From: an archaeon
GTDB lineage: Archaea; Nanobdellota; Nanobdellia; Woesearchaeales; JBDRAZ01
NCBI GenBank assembly: GCA_043823195.1
Contig: JBDRAZ010000055.1
Span: 3,780-67,779, forward strand
Direction of reading: 5' to 3'
Length of the DNA: 64,000 nucleotides
In this document: piece by piece, positions 62,801 to 64,000 of the stretch
Layout of the letters: each line of letters begins with the position of its first letter
Position numbering within the stretch: position 1 is the stretch's first letter
Position numbers and translations under genes: made by a program
Notes under the pieces: generated by a model
What the model saw: the letters and a program-made list of their open reading frames with translations, nothing else
The model's database searches: none
Told to the model about the DNA's origin: nothing

Positions 62801-64000
62801 TCAGGACAGTGCCGCATCTGACGAAATTTGGTATTGGGGCGGGACAGACACCTTTGCCATAGGCGGCGGGGGCTCAACAGGGCCTGCCGGCAAGAAGCTG
62901 CACGTCGACGGGGCAATGACCATCGGCTCACACTATGACACAACATCCATGCCGACAAATGGCCTCAGGGTTGAGGGCGCGATAATGGCAGGCGACGAGA
63001 TAATGGATTCGGGTTCAACAGACAACCTTGTTGACAACGGCGACTTTGAGCAGGGGGAAATCGGGTGGGGTGGGATAACTGGAATATCATCTACACAGTA
63101 CTATGCAGGAGGCAAGTCTGCGCTTTTCAGCGGCTCACTGACAATGCTTTCTGATGACTACATTCCCGTTGACCCCGAATATGATACGCTTCATCTCGAG
63201 GGGTGGTTCAAGAAAACAAGCGGGGGAGGTATTTTGTACTTCGGCTACATCGCATACGACCAGAACAAGGCTGTAATCACAACATCCCCGTGCGGAACAT
63301 ACTGCTACTTCGCTGCATCAGGGTATGGGCTTCCAATAGACGGCAACTGGCATAAGTTCCAGTCAACAACGACAGGGGAATGCACATCCTTCAACTGTTT
63401 CCCCGTGGGAACAAGGTACGTGCGCGTATTGGGCCTCATAAACTACGCTGGTTCAGGTGACACATATGTTGACCACGTACGACTCTACAAAGTGAGCAAC
63501 GGGCCGCTGGTCGTGGGTGACTACGCAAGCACAACAAACAGAATAGACTATAAAGAGACATCCAGAATATACACAACTAGTGCCGGTGATCTGATACTGT
63601 ATCCGAAAAGCGACGGACAGGGCGAAATAGGCATCGGTACAGCCAGCCCCACTGATGCATTGCATATTCACAGAGATTCCGGACTCAGGATAAGCGATCC
63701 TGCTAATCCATATAGAGCCAACATATTGTTTGGGGCTGATACCGTGTGGAACAGCGGTATCCGGGTATACGACAATGGCGATGCAGAGATGAGAATCTGG
63801 CATGAGAATGCCAACGGCCGGATTATTCTGGCCACCGGGTATGCGGGGGATATGGCAACCACAATGCCCAGCGACGGGCTGTTCATAGACCAGAACAACC
63901 TGGGAATCGGGGTCAATCCTGTCACTAACCTGCAGGTTGCAAACAACGTGGCAACTGATGCGCTTGACACCTATCCCGAGTACCAGATCATGCTGTATGA
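44877..64000 (+). CDS. giant secreted repeat protein, 3'-partial (at least 6,374 codons within the window). It has tail-fibre/beta-helix-like modules, two LamG domains, two CBM4/9-like domains and a beta-propeller-like region.
   Basis: The ATG at 44877 is preceded by GAGAGGTGA and lies 14 nt after the protease stop. The signal peptide is 'MKRIGALAVIFMLHLAIALPFVEAADP'. I read the frame (position mod 3 = 0) codon by codon through to position 63999 without meeting a stop. The ORF track lists no plus-strand ORF in this frame after 44863, consistent with one uninterrupted frame running off the window. Confidence 0.85.
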   Translation, partial: MNVLGHEKMKRIGALAVIFMLHLAIALPFVEAADPGHSAAAVGSGTFESGDYGFPGSLNITASLGVGSRWPGGTGNINASGNISIGGLFFSRGAGNNYFAGNLGIGTAAAASKLTVIGNGNITGGLNVTGSIKSISGIFYGDGSGLTNLPAGSVQDVWVNESGDTMTGNLIINANLTVDSGVLFVDNYGNYVGIGTTRPDELFELSSSSFSNTDMKLTATANGAVGGSKVGNVMFEGQDTSVGTAVLSQISGIYVEGASGGDGFAIDGSSGDGGGIAFLTNKYTGSWDGLSEAMRIDMNGYVGIGTGRPTQLLDVRGNIYTTGNIAVNGDHITSDGNLEIEATGYVRIGDDGSPGSANGDDDLYVRGSIEADGIFYGDGSGLTNLPSGAVADVWVNESGDTMTGNLVFSSANLDMGGGIINLSGGYIYDSTGAATVNDDLKVNGGDITGANSITMDLGEADTDAVVITTDNVGDYDDPDLVINSGGEGNIRLGAADADTGFQIYTDSASFPHALKVRAELNPDAADYEMFVVMSSGAAERFSVIHGVTGYGSQFYDSLAVGAAGDNSPTLTHIDFGTDSSGDLWVGDDAEINGEMHIDGTGTSTMDGDLQVADDSWIGIGSGSERVVFDSAGDIEVLGANVGIGTTVASAYLHIEDLLSSGDLLELTTDNKDIDIRIGENDDGGYGYYWRYVGTQGGNDNELELWTEGQAGADVQVYEIEQDGQVNFLQNVGLGTDSPAYRLDVVDSIRAGTGSPGTADMSTGANADLFVTDDLEVDGIIYGDGSGLTNLPAGAVADIWINESGDTTGALTKDLNIDAGTLVVDYDANAVGIGTSVATGKLTITGPTANTGVDSNSELVIYGAHPQIKLRDTDGVGESWWIHANDAGLYFLKNDDESSTSTWDSTRPFFIGESGNVGIGTAAPSALLDVQGDAYLTGDILMTDGNYIGISGNERIVFDDAGDIEILGANVGIGTTAAETTLHVEGNMTIGGTGLLFEDSTSGGDASLTRVIRFNNNDDLRYDDTNNIYTFTGDAKTYLVMDDQSVGIARAPSYGLDVINSTRIGDGTPGTADMKGKSAADLYVTDDIEFDGVIYGDGSGLTNLPAGAVQDIWINESGDTTGALVKDLNIDANTLLVDYDANSVGIGTSAASQGRLHVYRSDTIGGVGGTLTNAALAISNGANDGFYIDENEFHQSGDNFNLYLDTDAKNFIFYDNAGQIMTIQDGGNVGIGTATATQKLDVQGNAYITGDILMTDGNYIGISGNERIVFDTAGDIEILGASVGIGTTVATAPLEIAASADEQLLIEGGWDDTLTSNARMNFNDENFGVGAGQYGGGSSEDAMVLWSYKGAGRGILFASTAAGDTTTFQSMTHNMFIDGNTGAVGIAKTSPSYTLDVSNSTRIGTGTPGTVDMKGGPDADLYVTNDIEFDGVIYGDGSGLVNLPAGAVQDIWINESGDTTGALTKDLNIDADTFVISYDDNRVGIGTAAPTQLLDVEGNLEVDGTLYFDAANADGTIDMDGYRIEDLGDPDSGDDAMDRDYADSRYVNTNGDTMTGTLTTRQVTVQDGYVIRHQEQGGNAIMFDCDGTDCDSRITIHDGQGNFNIKTGVDDGELFIAGGSHGAAKYTQYASGADGAHIFQVDDQGTGGAAVSYDGGLRFDDSGLFITTSPGDHFATGGNQIADLSGHLYTEAYLYHEGDTNTYVGFPSNDEIRLRTSGTDRITIVSGGNVGIGTATPSQLLDVRGNIYTTGDIAVNGDDITSDSNLDISATGYVRIGDDTGTPNYASGDDDLYVYGDIEADGVFYGDGSGLINLPAGAVQDIWINESGDTTGALIKDLNIDANTFVISYDDDLVGIGTATPATKLDVEGDIQLSGQLLGDVQRGGETTYSSVGYWTFDGDYDDYSGYGQTGTARNNAARTSTNALFGQSLSLDGTDDSIEIADSGSSPLDVTNAFTFEAWVRPDLNTDEMILNKETSYEWVIQGSGTVQWALYTSGTWEWHDTGVSVPTLEWTHLALTYDGTNVRVYKNGELKSTIADPDGGAIGTNDNNLCIGTRGGDGCAGTQDYDGLIDEVRIYNRVLTSEEIRAHHTQSYWAEEGSNVYLTSSGNVGIGTATATQKLDVRGNAYITGDVLMTDDNYIGISGAERLVFDTAGDLEILGANLGIGTSTTNANLDIYGGGSATTQIFIQNPGNNGAGKGAIDVNNGDIIGLNKIFFDDLGEGLVWATANTAATSKTQIYSTDATPSNIYLDTNLNSNAGHVIIPSGNVGIGTVTPAQKLDVRGNIYTTGDIAVNGDDITSDGNLLIAATGYVRVGDTGTPTYASGDDDLYVYGDIEADGVFYGDGSGLVNLPAGAVDDIWINESGDTTGALTKDLNIDADTFVISYDDNLVGIGTATPSQKLDVVGNVEINGKFGAATGSSDGQTRGFWVWNLGDSNHVIYSAASTGTSPAGAGAADGLWDAGHRMRFRTATTQGFLFENNGETALVDIDSDNGNLRSIGTAYFSGSGNNYFAGNIGIGTATPSQLLDVRGNIYTTGDIAVNGDDITSDSNLDISATGYVRIGDDTGTPNYANADDDLYVYGDIEADGVFYGDGSGLVNLPAGAVDDIWINESGDTTGALTKDLNIDADTLVISYDDNLVGIGTASPSDALHVHKDSGIRISDPNNVYRANLLFGADSAWNSGIRVYDNGDAEMRIWHENVDGQIILATGYAGDMATTIPGDGLFIHENKLGIGYGATTIPDGARLAVNGNTGIGTASPTQLLDVRGNIYASGNVDVDGTLYFDAANADGQLDMDGQTIQMRGGVIEDATDEVDINDNLAVAGQITANYFKAGQGNSATIGSVGWYRIASNGGNRANAEFTLRDYISGGGHSMLTFKVGVSYDWEPGMSFTLLNHNYYSTATFTKVRVWESSYTYDPMYVEVYVARTGSMDYSIYDNLQSSGWSPIDWTAGATPTGTGAYTAREFEVNNLFTVGDYDDRFTVARGGNVGIGSTSPSQKLHVQGNIYASGNVDVDGTLYFDAGNADGTLDMDNQVITNIGDAGTDFTSGGHLTLAGDLAVNGDDITSDSNLDISATGYVRIGDDTGTPTYANGDDDLYVYGDIEADGVFYGDGSGLVNLPAGAVDDIWINESGDTTGALTKDLNIDADTFVISYDDNRVGIGTAAPGASLDVYGTATDHYFRLGSGAAGANSWDFVTSGTGSTFVPAGSFWLSKAGTGNVLTVDTSGNVGIGTNTPTQLLDVEGDMTLEGDILMTDGDYIGISGNERIVFDGAGDLEILGASVGIGTTVASDTLDVRGDAVIGDGTTYGDTRFAIAGTNGNNDGTFLTVKRDGTTNPVYSMLPWDSQIYLSAGIYYSNGAWVHNSDDTNNLLFVLDPGAGTAWYASNNGAGSWNVASNEALWDAGANWKNLVQSTQSGVSYFTGGNVGIGTATPSQLLDVRGNIYTTGDIAVNGDDITSDGNLLIAATGYVRIGDTGTPNYANADDDLYVYGDIEADGIFYGDGSGLVNLPAGAVQDIWINESGDTTGALTKDLNIDADTLVVDYDANSVGIGTATPGYKLEVAGTAKSGAAAVSAANQPALRIAAANTAATGRITAIQQLTTEGDTRIFADYDPYVEYGMYARNSDDSIHFTAGTSTNGLESWTEYNTAGAARTAYSKMKVSLGNGQVTIGGNVGIGTATATQKLDVRGNIYASGNVDVDGTLYFDAANADGTLDMDGQTIQMRGGVIEDATDEVDINDDVAITGNVLMADDKYIGISGAERIVFDTAGDIEVQGANLGIGTATASQALYVVGQHIYTTGTLVDDGNGKNLIPNWQMESDTYWADPPEQTAIADFEGVTHYAHQATESGTGCYQWAQTGSIPADASKTYKFTVWIKSTGTDMNNYFGFYIFDSAGTRITGSWDNPYFKTSESDPNSWIKWTAYLGPSYAGGATGCDTSKTNADDWCMSSSTAYIRMRFGSCYADGSGTSYSYFIYPSIEEVNPDDSYTVGNHVFMSGNVGIGSTSPSQRLHVQGNIYASGNVDVDGTLYFDAGNADGTLDMDNQVITNIGDAGTDFTSGGHLTLAGDLAVNGDDITSDSNLDISATGYVRIGDTASPGIANGDDDLYVEGDIEADGVFYGDGSGLVNLPAGAVQDIWINESGDTTGALTKDLNIDADTFVISYDDNRVGIGTAAPGAPLHVRLAAGGETVRIDGGTSYPRLYFDSGHASVLAVINRQTGDEAKNLYFGETADTGQYIFRTSGATTFEGNVGIGTGTPTQKLDVRGNIYASGNVDVDGTLYFDAANADGQLDMDGQTIQMRGGVIEDATDEVDINDDVAITGDILLADGNYIGISGAERIVFDDAGDLEILGANVGIGTTVAGEALDVRGNIRAYGRIDAGLYEEPIPGIGYGNTAMPSSGITYTDTGVNLPSTAFRGVVWTGKHYLFTDYVNDRVYFYDQNFNQIQNKYGNTYVTLPSDPVNPHGAAWDGRYLWMIEYPGSSNFLVAYDLDGSSVVRVARCDVAGTAAYGVGYAEGLLYYLQSGTLYGYRWNGGDSCTQVMTATGFGTISAQAITYDGSYLWITQNSNTIYKANLDGDIISTIAWGSGQPPEITGWTWNGKNIVAFEYSAMDIDIIHTTQEIMLTGAVGIGTSSALERIDARDGQYIFDDRLCIGNSGTACSDIGSGTAGVWYGDDAADDFFVGMHTANSKFGWYRGGWLGTIDGGGNMGIGTETPAQKLDVRGNIYTTGDIAVNGDDITSDGNLLIAATGYVRIGDTGTPNYANGDDDLYVYGDIEADGIIYGDGSGIFNIDADSIEDIWINEAGDTTGALTEDLNIDANTFVISYDDNLVGIGTATPGYKLEVDGTFNADVGNAAETTIFEHSGVGTPVPFNIRKTGYSGSSQSFGVLHLDMGHSVAGGGSNLHFRLKDSAGNYDEYGGIGAYIVDSTTTSEDGNLAFYTTAAGTTRQQRMTIQYGGNVGIGTAAPGAKLHVAGDILATGLIAGSSAIADDNANLEIYWPLDGDTKDYSGHGYDGSLSGATFTSSGKVGGAYDFDAANEKIVYNPGDYAVADYTIEFWMKADTIPGGWRDMVSISGEAGRVHLESGDNSITWYGVDSLGSIDSGVIPTVGQWYHVAVTKQGTAAKIYVNGAEKNSATRGATTTFTYLQVGCDAEIFDGILDEVKYYRRTLSAPEIYQHYAAGVRLLEGDAYVRKGGDTMYGDLRVLQGGNVGIGTAVPTQLLDVEGDMTLEGDVLMTDGDYIGISGAERIVFDDAGDLEILGANVGIGTTAAGSTLDVRGDTVIGDGTAYGDTRFAIAGTNGNNDGTFLTVKRDGSTNPVYSILPWDTQVLLSAGTYYSNSAWVHNSDDTNSQIFVLDPGAGTRWYASSDSSGSWNVASDETLWDDAANWKNLVQSTQSGTSYFTGGNVGIGTAAPGGKLDVRGARVLLGSNTFAKAAAGQGDIMLDNGGTDTPGIHFYTAANDNFGIDVASGKLRFVYKLDESGGVSRMEMDSAGAVTATSFSGDGSGLTGVSAGRLLTSDTRATNPAPQTYSMGIISDFKGNAADGLSDGGSYHGVLIFRQWSSGSDWSGGGVRQVGFTDNHNLWIRGANADTTWSSWNRILDTDSTVKTSGVMQIDGTGNSYVLGNVGVGTASPSDSLHVYRNYDSAGSTTTNAATIFIDGAAGKDAWLGWGTAGTAKMVAGIDDGGNSVNFWGYNGAWNPGLAVTTGGYVGVGTTTPDSKMHVYGAGGTNPTSITGLYGNSIVLENTGGGTTGSTVGIFGAQSNNPGIVSGIGFGREDSGNWGSTIRFYTHPTATSNIQDITERMRITADGGVGIGTAGPATKLDVYGGIRQGGITPIGVGGESGGSAIDNDYTFGFQEAGSWVYPYPDLILGYHTGIKIGGYWNYNGVRFYNDHPLRAGATELFSVGNLDQNVRVTNDLYVGGNVGIGTGAPANKLDVWAGAGQARVYSSSDAPLKIQGSNTWSGISFQDSAASDEIWYWGGTDTFAIGGGGSTGPAGKKLHVDGAMTIGSHYDTTSMPTNGLRVEGAIMAGDEIMDSGSTDNLVDNGDFEQGEIGWGGITGISSTQYYAGGKSALFSGSLTMLSDDYIPVDPEYDTLHLEGWFKKTSGGGILYFGYIAYDQNKAVITTSPCGTYCYFAASGYGLPIDGNWHKFQSTTTGECTSFNCFPVGTRYVRVLGLINYAGSGDTYVDHVRLYKVSNGPLVVGDYASTTNRIDYKETSRIYTTSAGDLILYPKSDGQGEIGIGTASPTDALHIHRDSGLRISDPANPYRANILFGADTVWNSGIRVYDNGDAEMRIWHENANGRIILATGYAGDMATTMPSDGLFIDQNNLGIGVNPVTNLQVANNVATDALDTYPEYQIMLY

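Noticed and set aside
63951-63999. Apparent divergence of the final ~45 nt of the giant ORF from its internal homologous copy (52980-53100); possible frameshift or end of gene
   Set aside because: The frame remains open to the last base in the established reading frame. I cannot distinguish real divergence from a window-edge effect. No stop codon is present, so the ORF is treated as 3'-partial.
44877-64000. Numerous 60-155-aa minus-strand and off-frame plus-strand ORFs listed in the track inside this region (e.g. 58586..59053 -, 55841..56263 -, 56065..56523 +)
   Set aside because: They overlap a single long, clearly protein-like plus-strand frame with recurring domain signatures. Their products are low-complexity and repeat-derived, so they are shadow ORFs of the giant gene.

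Overview
This is a 64-kb archaeal window of about 55-60% GC. Archaeal/eukaryotic-type ribosomal proteins L34e and L14e, archaeal PheS/PheT, MCM, TBP, TrmB regulators and an archaeal YidC-like DUF106 insertase establish the domain.

First half, mostly on the minus strand:
- 4.2-16.8 kb carries an aromatic-amino-acid superoperon: DAHP synthase, aroB, fused aroD-aroE, aroA, aroK, aroC fused to a chorismate-mutase domain, tyrA, pheA, then pheS and pheT.
- 20.6-27.1 kb carries a complete trp operon, trpE-G-D-C(F)-B-A.
- Housekeeping and regulatory genes sit between and after these: MoxR-DUF58-VWA, two TrmB paralogs, an EamA transporter, and an iscS-iscU pair preceded by an HTH/Cys-cluster regulator.
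- An apparently bacterial-type ECF sigma-70 gene is also present at 17.2 kb.

Second half (37.5 kb to the end), all on the plus strand, is an unusual co-oriented locus:
- a HerA/FtsK-like P-loop ATPase interrupted in its Walker A motif by a 430-aa LAGLIDADG intein;
- an AT-rich intergenic array of five 17-bp palindromes, TAC(C/T)TACATTGTAAGTA, which resemble TrmB operators; a sixth copy sits exactly in the trpB-trpA junction;
- a start-less open frame encoding two copies of a sigma-70-region-4-like HTH module;
- a 1,321-aa membrane-anchored protein carrying two complete tandem (I9 propeptide + S8 subtilisin) units;
- beginning 14 nt later, a single uninterrupted ORF of at least 6,374 codons that runs off the window end.

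The giant ORF encodes a secreted protein built of at least 12 tail-fibre-like modules, two LamG domains, two CBM4/9-like domains and a beta-propeller-like region. I consider this protease plus giant carbohydrate-binding surface protein unit, with its upstream operator array and intein-bearing ATPase, the most interesting and probably undescribed system in the window.

A candidate replication origin (ORB-like repeats plus an AT-rich stretch next to MCM and TBP) is also flagged.
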